Source: Gemmatales bacterium (lineage in GTDB: Bacteria; Planctomycetota; Planctomycetia; Gemmatales; HRBIN36). Taken from it: 64,000 nucleotides of DNA. The notes below the pieces were generated by a model. It had not been told where the DNA came from. It saw nothing but the letters and a program-made list of their open reading frames with translations, and did no database searches. The stretch covers positions 512,001 through 576,000 of the forward strand of contig JBEPZY010000001.1 of the NCBI GenBank assembly GCA_041640595.1, written 5' to 3'. Made by a program: the position numbers and the translations under genes. Shown piece by piece: positions 9,290 through 18,594 of this stretch. Each line of letters starts with the position of its first letter. The first letter of the stretch is position 1.

Positions 9290-10492
9290 ATGACACAGCT
9301 GGAACTGGTGAAATCCCTGCTGGAGCCGAACGACACGAAGATCGTCCTTCTGGTGGCCGATGGCTTAGGCGGCTTGCCCATGCAACCCGGTGGCCGAACG
9401 GAACTGGAGACGGCCAACACGCCCAATCTTGATCAGGCAGCACGGGAAGGTGTATGTGGCCTGAGCATTCCTGTCCTTCCGGGAATAGCTCCGGGAAGTG
9501 GGCCAGGGCACCTGGCGTTATTCGGTTACGATCCGCTGGAGTATCAGATCGGTCGTGGTATTCTGGAAGCGCTGGGTATCGGATTCCCGGTAGGCCCGCA
9601 GGATGTAGCTGCACGGGGCAACTTCTGCACCGTAGATGCACAGGGGCGTATCACAGACCGTCGCGCAGGCCGACCCAGTACGGAACGCTGTGCGGCCATG
9701 GTGAACAAACTGCGCCAGATTCGCATTCCGGGCGTGGAAATTTTTGTTGAGCCCGTGCGGGAACATCGGTTCGTACTGGTCCTGCGTGGCGAAGGGCTGG
9801 GAGATGAAGTGAACGACACCGATCCCCAGCAGGAAGGCGTCCCACCTTTAGCTGCGGAGGGTCGGCCCGGTTCTGAACGTACTGCCGACATCGTCAATCA
9901 ATTCGTGGCTCGTGCCGCTGAAATTCTTCGCGACGAAGCACCCACCAACATGATCACCCTGCGCGGATTTTCACGCTATCCTCGCATTGCCACCATGCAG
10001 GAGGTTTACGGACTCAAACCGGTAGCGCTGGCTGTTTACCCGATGTACAAGGGTCTGGCTCGACTGGTGGGCATGGATGTGGTGGACGGCTTGAAGAACC
10101 TGGATGAACAACTTGCCGCCCTGGAACAAGCCTGGCCGCGATACGACTTCTTTTTCCTGCACTACAAATACACCGACAGCACCGGGGAAGACGGTAACTT
10201 TGCGGCCAAGGTCAAGGCGATCGAAACGTTAGACGCTGCGGTGCCGCGAATCCGCGCCTTGAAACCCGATGTGTTCATTGTCACAGGCGATCACAGCACA
10301 CCGAGCAAATTGCGCAGCCACAGCTGGCACCCAGTGCCCACGCTGCTGGTGGCCGATACTTGCCGACCGGATCACGTCAACTCCTTCGGTGAATCGGCAT
10401 GTTTGCAGGGAGGCCTCGGACTGTTCCAGGCCAAACATCTGATGTTGCTGGCGCTGGCTCACGCCCGGCGACTAACCAAGTTCGGAGCCTGA
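9290..10492 (+). CDS. apgM: 2,3-bisphosphoglycerate-independent phosphoglycerate mutase (ApgM type)
   Basis: DGLGG, ETANTPNLD, PGSGPGHLALFGYDP, GRGILEALG, ARGNF, DRRAGR, TGDHSTP, HSWHPVP. Confidence 0.93.
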   Translation: MTQLELVKSLLEPNDTKIVLLVADGLGGLPMQPGGRTELETANTPNLDQAAREGVCGLSIPVLPGIAPGSGPGHLALFGYDPLEYQIGRGILEALGIGFPVGPQDVAARGNFCTVDAQGRITDRRAGRPSTERCAAMVNKLRQIRIPGVEIFVEPVREHRFVLVLRGEGLGDEVNDTDPQQEGVPPLAAEGRPGSERTADIVNQFVARAAEILRDEAPTNMITLRGFSRYPRIATMQEVYGLKPVALAVYPMYKGLARLVGMDVVDGLKNLDEQLAALEQAWPRYDFFFLHYKYTDSTGEDGNFAAKVKAIETLDAAVPRIRALKPDVFIVTGDHSTPSKLRSHSWHPVPTLLVADTCRPDHVNSFGESACLQGGLGLFQAKHLMLLALAHARRLTKFGA

Positions 10493-10592
10493 AGTGAGTT
10501 TTGCCTCCGCTCAACTTCTGCAATAACGACCTGAGGCAAGATCGGCATAGCTCGCTCAGAGGCTCAACCAGACAACATAGCTTGTGCAAACC

Positions 10593-11543
10593 ATGGCCAG
10601 GCAAGGTGGGCTACGGGAATTATCGCTTCTCCAGCGTCGGGCACGGCGGCAGTTGCGAAGCTGGCTGGAAAATCAGACCGTAGTGCTCATGGATGGCGCC
10701 ATGGGCACGGAATTGCTACGGCGTTACCGTTCGCTCAACACGGACTCGCTGGCGACGGTTACTCTTTCTCATCCCAGCTGGGTTCGCTCGATACACCGCG
10801 GCTTCTTACGAAGCGGAGCGCAATGTCTGCTGACCAACACGTTTCTTGCCTGGCCTCGGGAAGCCAATTCGGGAAACCGGACATATTTTTGCAAGCTCAA
10901 CCGCCTTGCAGTTCAACTGGCCCGCGAGTCTGCAGCGGAAGTTTCCCGACCGGTGCCGATCGTCGCTTCCATCGGCCCGTGGCCAAACCATTCAGCGACC
11001 AGCGTCCAGCAATGCCTGGCACAGATCTACGCTGTCGGCGACGCTGATGCGGTGCTGCTGGAAACGCAAAGCTCTCTGGTATTCATCGAGCGGTTGCTCG
11101 CGCAATTGCCTTCCACCTGGCCGATTCCGATCCTGGTGTCATTTACGTTTCTGCATCGGGGCAAACGCTATCTCACTTTGTCGCGGCAACACACCCCTGC
11201 CCAGATCGCGGACTGGGCAGAGCGACGCCGGTCCCGCATCGCTGTCCTGGGGGTCAATTGCGGGTGCGGACTGACGCTCGGCGATATTACGAAGATCGTG
11301 CGTCTATACCGGCGGGAGACGGGCCTACCCATTCTGGTTCGACCCAATGCCGGTACGCCAAGACGACAGGGCAAACGGCATGTTTATCCGTTTACTCCGG
11401 AGGATTTCGCAGCGGCAGTTCCGGATTGGTTGGAAGCAGGAGCAACGTGGTTGGGCGGCTGTTGTGGAAGCACGCCCCGCCATATCGCGGCCATGCGTCG
11501 CGCTTTACGCAAGCACTTACAGACGACCTCACCGTTGCAATAA
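10593..11543 (+). CDS. Homocysteine S-methyltransferase family protein (stand-alone MetH N-terminal-like domain)
   Basis: DGAMGTEL, TNTF, SIGP, LLETQ, GVNC, RPNAG, GGCCGSTPRHI (three Zn-binding Cys present); start approximate. Confidence 0.88.
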   Translation: MARQGGLRELSLLQRRARRQLRSWLENQTVVLMDGAMGTELLRRYRSLNTDSLATVTLSHPSWVRSIHRGFLRSGAQCLLTNTFLAWPREANSGNRTYFCKLNRLAVQLARESAAEVSRPVPIVASIGPWPNHSATSVQQCLAQIYAVGDADAVLLETQSSLVFIERLLAQLPSTWPIPILVSFTFLHRGKRYLTLSRQHTPAQIADWAERRRSRIAVLGVNCGCGLTLGDITKIVRLYRRETGLPILVRPNAGTPRRQGKRHVYPFTPEDFAAAVPDWLEAGATWLGGCCGSTPRHIAAMRRALRKHLQTTSPLQ

Positions 11544-13613
11544 CTCGCCCAGCAAACCGCGGGCATCGTAAACTTTGTCCAGTGCCTCCACGATGGCCGA
11601 GGAATGCACAGCGATAGCGCGGGCCTGGTCATCGGTGTACGCAATGTCCCAGATCAGTGAATGCAGGTTACCGTCGAAAATCACACCCACCAAATCGCCC
11701 TGACGGTTGACGACCGGGCTACCCGAGTTGCCGCCGATGATGTCATTAGTGCATACGAAATTGAACGGCGTATCCTGCTGTAGCCGATCCTTGCGCTCAT
11801 GCCATCGGCGTGGCAAATGGAAAGGTGGTCGCGCCTGGTGTGTTTCCTCGTGCATGAAGGCACCGCCCAGGGTTGTGCACCAGGGGATCGCCTGACCCGC
11901 TTCCGTGTAGCCTTTGACTGTGCCAATCGAGAGCCTGAGCGTAAACGTCGCGTCTGGATAAACGCTGGAACCGTAGGCAGCAAAACGGGCTTGCGAAATC
12001 ACCGCGTAGGCTTGCCGTAACGGTTCTTCGACCTGCTCCTCCCATTGCTTGCGAATTTGGCGAGCATAGGGATCAACGGCACGTGCCAGGCGGATCATCG
12101 GATCGTCGGATTGCTCAATGGCTTTGCGACCGCCGGCCTGCAATTGCTTGCGAAACGCCACGTCTTTGCACCTGGTATGGCGCACCAATTCTTCGGCTCG
12201 TCGCCGCGGCGATTGCCCCTGCAAAGCCAGTCGTACCATCTCGTGTTCCGCACCGAGCCATTCCACGAGCATCGAAAGCGAATCGCTGAGCTTGAGCGTC
12301 TCCAGATCGTCGTAAATGGGCGCGGGGGAGAAGAGCTGTTGCAGCAATGAAGGCAAGCCTGCCTCGCCATACTCGCGGAGGCGTTCGGCATTGGGTTTTT
12401 CGCTTTCCTCAGCCAGACGCACCAACGTTCGGGCAATGTGGAACAGCTCCGAGTTGAAAGCCACGCCGCGCTCGAAAAGGTAATAATCCCGATACAGTTC
12501 TCTGGACTTTTGCATCACCTGAGAAATCTGGCGGCGAACTTGCTGGTAAGCTTCTGCTTGTTGTGTCAGTCCGCGCTGGCGGAGTTGGGTCAGTACCGCT
12601 TCTTCCTGAGCCAGTTTTTCTTTGAGGATTTGCGGGTCTTGCAACCCGGCGAGAATCCCCAGGCGTGCCTTGCGACTGTTCTGGTAAACGAATAGTTCAT
12701 CCTCAGCGCGGCGGAGGTTTTCCAGGCTGCGGTCACTGTAGGCCTTCAGAATCACCTCGCGGCGAAAAATCACCTGCAATGCCAGCGGAAATTGCAGGTC
12801 CCGGAGAAACTCCAGGTGCGAAACTGTGTTGAGCCGATCGGTTCGGCCTGGATGACCGGAAACAAAAACAAGATCGCCCTCTCTGCATCCGCGCGGTTCA
12901 ATGCGCAGGAAATGAGGTGGTTTGGCCGGTTGTCCGTTTTCGTACACGCGGAACAGGCAGATGTCCAGGCAGTAGCGGGGATATTCAAAGTTATCCGGGT
13001 CGCCACCGAAAAAGGCGATGTCTTTTTCAGGGGCGAACACCAGCCGGACATCGGTGTAACGCTTGTAGTAGTAAAGGTGATACTCCGCGCCCTGGTACAG
13101 GGTTACCACGTCGCAACGCAGCCCTGTCCGCTGGTGCGCTTCCTGTTCGATTTGGAGGATGGCCTTGCGGCGAGCGGCGTTGGCTTCCTCGGGTTTCATC
13201 CCCGGCCGAACGGCTTGTTGCACTCGCTCAGTCACGTCCTCGATACGCATAAGCACGTTCAGTTCCAGGTCCGGGCAACGCAACTCTTGTTCCCGGTTAC
13301 GGGCATAATAGCCCTGGCTAAGCAAATCCCGTTCCGGGGTGCTGAGTTTCTGCAGCTGGTCGGAACCAACGTGGTGGTTCGTGAGCACCAGACCGGTGGG
13401 CGAGACGAAAGAGCCCGAGCCCCCCGTGTTGAAGCGCACCGATGCTTGCTGCAAGCGCTGCAGCCAGGCCTGCTCGATCGAGAAGCCGTAGCGCTTTTGT
13501 AACAACTCCCGCGGCGGCCTGTTGAACAGCCATAATCCTTCTTCAGCCACTCCGCTCAGGGTTGCCAAAAGAGTTGCCACCATCGCCGACATAACCCAGT
13601 GCGTCCGTCGCAT
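11529..13613 (-). CDS. S46 family dipeptidyl peptidase (DPP7-like), secreted
   Basis: Signal peptide then EEGLW; GSGSFVS..GLVLTNHHV, FFGGDPDNFEYPRY, YPDATFTLR, DIIGGNSGSP, FDGN; SD GGAGG before ATG 13613. Confidence 0.94.
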   Translation of the reverse strand: MRRTHWVMSAMVATLLATLSGVAEEGLWLFNRPPRELLQKRYGFSIEQAWLQRLQQASVRFNTGGSGSFVSPTGLVLTNHHVGSDQLQKLSTPERDLLSQGYYARNREQELRCPDLELNVLMRIEDVTERVQQAVRPGMKPEEANAARRKAILQIEQEAHQRTGLRCDVVTLYQGAEYHLYYYKRYTDVRLVFAPEKDIAFFGGDPDNFEYPRYCLDICLFRVYENGQPAKPPHFLRIEPRGCREGDLVFVSGHPGRTDRLNTVSHLEFLRDLQFPLALQVIFRREVILKAYSDRSLENLRRAEDELFVYQNSRKARLGILAGLQDPQILKEKLAQEEAVLTQLRQRGLTQQAEAYQQVRRQISQVMQKSRELYRDYYLFERGVAFNSELFHIARTLVRLAEESEKPNAERLREYGEAGLPSLLQQLFSPAPIYDDLETLKLSDSLSMLVEWLGAEHEMVRLALQGQSPRRRAEELVRHTRCKDVAFRKQLQAGGRKAIEQSDDPMIRLARAVDPYARQIRKQWEEQVEEPLRQAYAVISQARFAAYGSSVYPDATFTLRLSIGTVKGYTEAGQAIPWCTTLGGAFMHEETHQARPPFHLPRRWHERKDRLQQDTPFNFVCTNDIIGGNSGSPVVNRQGDLVGVIFDGNLHSLIWDIAYTDDQARAIAVHSSAIVEALDKVYDARGLLGELLQR

Positions 13614-13844
13614 CGTTGGCCTCCTTGATTGTTGAGAGCTGCGCTTCGACCACATTTCTTCGATGACACCGCTTCACCGGTCTTGGTATCGTTGGGGCAC
13701 GGTACAGCAGGCGCTGCCGAAAGATGCCACCAGGCCCATGCTGCTGGCTCCCATTATGGTGATTTGTCCATTTTTGTCCGCTGGCAAGCCTTATTCGGGT
13801 CGCCAAAATTCACTAAGCCAGACCGGTTCACGAGGAGAAATCCT

Positions 13845-13904
13845 ATGGCATTTCTGGACGAAACAGTAGAATGCTTGCCAGATTTTCGCCAGCCGCAGCG
13901 GTAA
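13845..13904 (+). CDS. Possible small ORF (19 aa, MAFLDETVECLPDFRQPQR)
   Basis: Strong SD GAGGAG (13832-13837) 7 nt before the ATG; no homology recognised. Confidence 0.3.
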   Translation: MAFLDETVECLPDFRQPQR

Positions 13905-14042
13905 CTCGCCGACCGATTTCAAAGGTCCCGACAGGTGCTAACAATCAGGCGAGGGTTTCCGCTGGCACGCGGTAACTGGCCGAAAGCTTGCCGAGCCGAA
14001 AATAACAACAGCATGCAGCGCCTTCAGGACAAGGAGTCGAGC

Positions 14043-15440
14043 ATGGAATTGCAACCAGCCCTGAACTTCCTGGAATCGGAACAATCCCGTTTCATTCGTG
14101 ATCTGGCCGAACTGGTGGCTGTTCCCAGCATCAGCACGGATGGCATGCACGCCCTGGATATCGAACGGTGTGCGGAAAAAGTTGCCGAGCAAATGCGCCG
14201 TGCCGGGCTGGAAAATGTCGAAATTCTGCGTCGGGCCGATGCGTATCCCTATGTTTACGGCGACTGGTTGCACGCTCCGGGCAAACCCACCGTGCTGCTT
14301 TATTCACACTACGACGTTCAGCCGGTCAATTATGTCGAGCAATGGCAGAGCGATCCCTGGCAGCTGACGGAACGCAATGGCAGGCTGTATGGTCGCGGTG
14401 CCTGCGACGATAAAGGTGCCATTACGGTGCAGCTGGCTTCCCTGGAGGCGTGGCTGAAAACTCTCGGACGACTGCCGCTCAATGTCAAAATGCTGGTGGA
14501 AGGCGAAGAAGAAGTCGGTTCGCGCAATTTGCTCGCCTTTCTGCGTGAGCAGCAACAGCGTTTACATGCCGACGTTCTGGTGGTTACCGACACCGAAAAC
14601 CTCAACGATCGCCAGCCATGTATCACGACCTCGTTGCGGGGCATCATCACGCTGAAGGTAGAAGTGCACGCTTTGAAACGACCCGTCCATTCCGGGTTGG
14701 CGGGTGGCTTGGTACCCGACCCTGCACTGGCGCTCAATAGCATTCTGGCACGACTTTGCTGGGCCGGCAAACGGCGTATCCAGGTTCCCGGCTTTTACGA
14801 AGGCGTCAAACGCATGACCGGCAAAGAGCGCAAGGCTTTACGTTCTCTGCCTGCCTCACCTCGACAGTTGCGCGAAGATTATGCGCTACTGGAAGGCGTG
14901 AAATTTGCCTCGCTTCCTGGGGTACATCCTTATGAGCAGACTTGGCGCTGGCCAGCCATTACGGTCATCGCTCAGGAAGCGAGTTCTCTCAAACAGGCGA
15001 GTAATCAGGTTCTGCCTTACGCGACCGCACTGGTTAGCATTCGAATCGTGCCTGAGCAGGAACCGAAGAAGGTCATTCGCGCGGTGACCAAGGCCCTGGT
15101 CTCCAAAGCGCCGTGGAATGTTCAGGTGCGAGTCACGCCGGTCGGAGAAGCCGTAAAATGGTGGTACATTCAGCCCAAAGGCCCGACTTTTGATGCCGCC
15201 ATACGAGCCCTTCAGGCCGGATTCGGTGCCAAGCCATTGCCCATCGGCTGCGGTGGGAGCATCGGTTTCGTCGGCCCGCTTTGCGACATGTTCGGCGGCA
15301 TTCCCGCTTTGCTGCTCGGTATTGGCGACCCACAATCTGCCGCGCATTCTCCCAACGAAAGTCTCAGCCTCAACATTTTCAACAAACTTGCCCGCTCTCT
15401 GGTGCATCTTTATGCGGAGCTTGCCGAGAACATGCAGTGA
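14043..15440 (+). CDS. M20 family metallopeptidase (dipeptidase-like)
   Basis: YSHYDVQP, YGRGACDDKG, EGEEEVGS, SLRG, HSG, GGSI, AHSPNES; SD AAGGAG before ATG 14043. Confidence 0.93.
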   Translation: MELQPALNFLESEQSRFIRDLAELVAVPSISTDGMHALDIERCAEKVAEQMRRAGLENVEILRRADAYPYVYGDWLHAPGKPTVLLYSHYDVQPVNYVEQWQSDPWQLTERNGRLYGRGACDDKGAITVQLASLEAWLKTLGRLPLNVKMLVEGEEEVGSRNLLAFLREQQQRLHADVLVVTDTENLNDRQPCITTSLRGIITLKVEVHALKRPVHSGLAGGLVPDPALALNSILARLCWAGKRRIQVPGFYEGVKRMTGKERKALRSLPASPRQLREDYALLEGVKFASLPGVHPYEQTWRWPAITVIAQEASSLKQASNQVLPYATALVSIRIVPEQEPKKVIRAVTKALVSKAPWNVQVRVTPVGEAVKWWYIQPKGPTFDAAIRALQAGFGAKPLPIGCGGSIGFVGPLCDMFGGIPALLLGIGDPQSAAHSPNESLSLNIFNKLARSLVHLYAELAENMQ

Positions 15441-15509
15441 GTCCGGAGCATCTTAATCGTCCTTTTCTCGAGTGGACTTCCTGGCCAACTTGAGTGGAGG
15501 TTCTGCATC

Positions 15510-16211
15510 ATGGCGAACAGGCGATTGCTGGCCACGGGCTGCATTTTGATGACTGCCGTATGGTATGGGCTCGTTCCAAAGGGATATGGCCAGGAGAGAG
15601 GGCGTGCAACGCCCGAAGCGGCACTGCAAACTCTGAAAAAAGCTCTCGAATCTGCCGACTGGAAGACGGTGGCTGCGTGTCTGGCCCATCCAAAAGAAGC
15701 GAAGCCTCTGACCCCACCAGCACTGGTAGATGCTTGGCTTCGTGCGCAGTCGGCGAGCGCGGAACTGGAATCGGCGTTACGCGAATTAGCCGAGAAAACG
15801 GGAGCCGCTAACCCCACCGCTGCCTCGCAACATCCGTTTAGCGCCTATCTGACTCCGCCCGGGGACTATGCCCTGCACATCATCGAGGTGGAACCAGCCG
15901 GCAACTCTGGGCGTGTCCGTGCCCGCGTTAAATGCCAGCATCGAGGTCGAGGCGATGAAGAAACCGTGGCGGTGGTGCGCATTGGCTCCCAATGGTTCGT
16001 TACGCCACCGGCATCGCTGAGCCGGTTATTCACTCCGGCCGGCGACCCTGCTGCTGTGAATCGGCGGATCGAAGGGCTAAACAAACTGGCGGATGCGCTG
16101 TCGGAAACGGCCAAGCTGATTCGCGCCGGTCAACTTCGCGATCGCCAGACCGCTTTGGAGCACCTGCTGCGTATCTTTCACCGTGAACAACTGGCAGAGC
16201 TGCTCCGCTAG
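15510..16211 (+). CDS. Hypothetical exported protein
   Basis: 233-aa ORF with signal-peptide-like N-terminus and GGAGG upstream; TPEAAL...LESADWKT resembles an NTF2-like/DUF4878 start. Confidence 0.65.
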   Translation: MANRRLLATGCILMTAVWYGLVPKGYGQERGRATPEAALQTLKKALESADWKTVAACLAHPKEAKPLTPPALVDAWLRAQSASAELESALRELAEKTGAANPTAASQHPFSAYLTPPGDYALHIIEVEPAGNSGRVRARVKCQHRGRGDEETVAVVRIGSQWFVTPPASLSRLFTPAGDPAAVNRRIEGLNKLADALSETAKLIRAGQLRDRQTALEHLLRIFHREQLAELLR

Positions 16212-16361
16212 AACCGATTTGGCCAGTTCCAGACATTACCAGCCCGACACCATCTGGCTGACGTGCCGTGTTATGTCCCGTTGAAATCAGTCGCATCTTC
16301 TCTAATATCTATCGAGGCTCCTATCCGCCTGTGGACCTGCCCGCAACGGAGGATGTGCACC

Positions 16362-17510
16362 ATGGGACGACACGCAACTTTTTGCCTGGCTGCACTGATA
16401 ACGCTAACCGCGCTGGGACTGGCTCAGGATAAGAGACCGCAAGAGCGACCTTGCATCTTCACGGTTCTACTGCCGGCTGATGCCCGGCTGGAAATTGAAG
16501 GGTACGTGGCCAGGTCGCGGGGAGAAATTCGCCTTTTCGAGTCACCACCTGTTCCAATCGGCAGGACTTACACCTACACCTTGCGGGCTATCCACGGCGG
16601 GATCGTGGTTACCCGTACCGTCGAGGTCAGTCCTGACAAACAGGTGGAAATTGACCTGCGACCGGACTTCGGCATTCGTGTTCCGGTTCAGCCTCCTGCA
16701 AAACCGGATAAAAAACCGGAAGAGCCGGAAAAAGTTACCAAACCACCACAGAAAGAAACCCCGCCAAAACCCACTACCGAAAAGCCAGCCCCAGTGGGTT
16801 CGTTTTCCGTTTCCGGATTTCGCGACGTCATTCTGACGGCTGGCGGCACGGTATCGCTAAGGATCACCGTGCAACGTGAGCATCTGGACTCCCTGATTAG
16901 CCTGGAGTTTAGCGGCTTGCCTAAAGGAATAACCGTCAGCCAGACAACGATACCCGCTGGTGCTAACCATCTGGATTTGATGATTCGCGCTGACTCGAGC
17001 ATCAACCCAGGGAAATACCTGATTACAGTTCATGCTCAAGCAGCCGGGGTTCAGCGAAGCAGTAAGTTCCACGTCCTGGTCGTCGAAGAAATAAAGGCTA
17101 AGCCAGCACTCCCGCCAGTCTCGAAACCGGAGCAAAAGGCTCCGCCGCCCACAAAAGCAGAACCGAATGCAAATCCAGTTCCCGTTGAGCAATCCACTAT
17201 CAAGCATCCATTCAGTTTCCTAACAGTGTCCGGACCGAAATCGGTAACTCTTTCTGCCGGCCAGACTGCGGTAATAACTCTGAAAGTAACACGTAACCAA
17301 GTCGGTGGTTTGGTACACTTGCGATGGCTCGACTTACCGAGTTATTTCAGCGCTCCTGCGATTACCTTGAAAGAGGGAGACGACAGCGCACCTGTTTCGC
17401 TCAGTGTTCCGGCCGATGCTGCACCGATATCGCGGGAATTTCGGTTGCAGATATCAACTGCCGGTGAAGCAGTCCGCCTAGAATTTCCCATCCGGATCGA
17501 GATCCGCTGA
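16362..17510 (+). CDS. Planctomycete extracellular (TIGR03000-like) domain protein with Ig-like repeats
   Basis: Signal peptide; VLLPADARLEIEG...R.FESPP..GRTYTYTLRA...V.V...IDL pattern; two repeats of the type V.L.AG....I.V.R....LP separated by Pro/Lys linkers; SD GGAGG. Confidence 0.75.
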   Translation: MGRHATFCLAALITLTALGLAQDKRPQERPCIFTVLLPADARLEIEGYVARSRGEIRLFESPPVPIGRTYTYTLRAIHGGIVVTRTVEVSPDKQVEIDLRPDFGIRVPVQPPAKPDKKPEEPEKVTKPPQKETPPKPTTEKPAPVGSFSVSGFRDVILTAGGTVSLRITVQREHLDSLISLEFSGLPKGITVSQTTIPAGANHLDLMIRADSSINPGKYLITVHAQAAGVQRSSKFHVLVVEEIKAKPALPPVSKPEQKAPPPTKAEPNANPVPVEQSTIKHPFSFLTVSGPKSVTLSAGQTAVITLKVTRNQVGGLVHLRWLDLPSYFSAPAITLKEGDDSAPVSLSVPADAAPISREFRLQISTAGEAVRLEFPIRIEIR

Positions 17511-17625
17511 CCTAACGGATGTTATTTTCGGAAAATTCCGAAGTACCGCTACCGCTATGCTCGCATCACTGGAATTGTAATGACCTAGCCAGCAGTAAAA
17601 CTCTATACACAGGGAGGCACACAAG

Positions 17626-18519
17626 ATGTCTCGCAATCCGCTCTTAGCAACTGAAATTCCAGGCATACCCTGTCGCCGGGGGAAAGTGCGTGATATTTAC
17701 GACCTGGGCGATCGCTTAGTCATTGTTGCCAGCGATCGTATTAGTGCTTTCGATTGGGTATTGCCGACGCCTATTCCGGATAAGGGCCGTATTCTTACTG
17801 GACTAACTGTTTTCTGGCTCAATCTTCTGAAAGTGCCAAACCATCTTATTAGCACGCGCCTGGAAGACATGGGTCCCGAGTTTGTTGCTCGCCGGGAGTT
17901 GTTAGAAGGTCGGGCTATGTTAGTCCGCAAGGCTCAAGTGATCCCGATCGAGTGCGTAGCCCGGGGATATTTAGCAGGCTCAGGATGGAAAGAGTATAAG
18001 CAGCAGGGCACGGTGTGCGGTATTGCTCTGCCGCCTGGTTTAGTCGAAAGCCAGCAGTTGCCCGAGCCGATTTTTACGCCAGCGACCAAGGAAGAGAGTG
18101 GGCACGATATTAACATCAGTTTCGAGGAAATGGCAAGGCGAATCGGGAAGGAAACCGCGGAATTTTTGCGGGAGAAAACGCTGGCTCTGTATCGCCAAGC
18201 AGCGGAACATGCTCGCAAGTGTGGCATTATCATCGCCGACACCAAACTGGAATGGGGACGTCTGCCGGATGGGCAGATCATTCTCATTGATGAAGTTTTC
18301 ACGCCTGATAGCTCGCGTTTTTGGCCGGCTGATCAGTATCGTCCTGGTACCAGTCCGCCTTCATTCGACAAGCAATTCGTCCGTGATTGGTTAGAGACTA
18401 CAGGCTGGGACAAAAATAGTCCACCACCTCCCTTGCCAGCGGAAATCGTGGAAAAAACTCGCGCGAAATACATCGAAGCTTACGAACGACTCACCGGGGA
18501 ACGCTTTGCCTATGCTTAG
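17626..18519 (+). CDS. purC: Phosphoribosylaminoimidazole-succinocarboxamide synthase
   Basis: RGKVRDIY, SDRISAFD, ECVARGYLAGSGWKEY, FTPATK, GHDINI, IADTKLEWG, DEVFTPDSSRFW, SFDKQFVRDWL. Confidence 0.98.
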   Translation: MSRNPLLATEIPGIPCRRGKVRDIYDLGDRLVIVASDRISAFDWVLPTPIPDKGRILTGLTVFWLNLLKVPNHLISTRLEDMGPEFVARRELLEGRAMLVRKAQVIPIECVARGYLAGSGWKEYKQQGTVCGIALPPGLVESQQLPEPIFTPATKEESGHDINISFEEMARRIGKETAEFLREKTLALYRQAAEHARKCGIIIADTKLEWGRLPDGQIILIDEVFTPDSSRFWPADQYRPGTSPPSFDKQFVRDWLETTGWDKNSPPPPLPAEIVEKTRAKYIEAYERLTGERFAYA

Positions 18520-18594
18520 AGCTTGATCAAATTCGTGGCTGTTTAGTTTATGGGAGCCGACAACTGGGAATCATAGACACACTTACTCGCTCTG

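Noticed and set aside
10493..10592. SAM or cobalamin riboswitch ahead of the methyltransferase
   Set aside because: Only a 7-bp inverted pair (TTGCCTC/GAGGCAA); no conserved aptamer motifs
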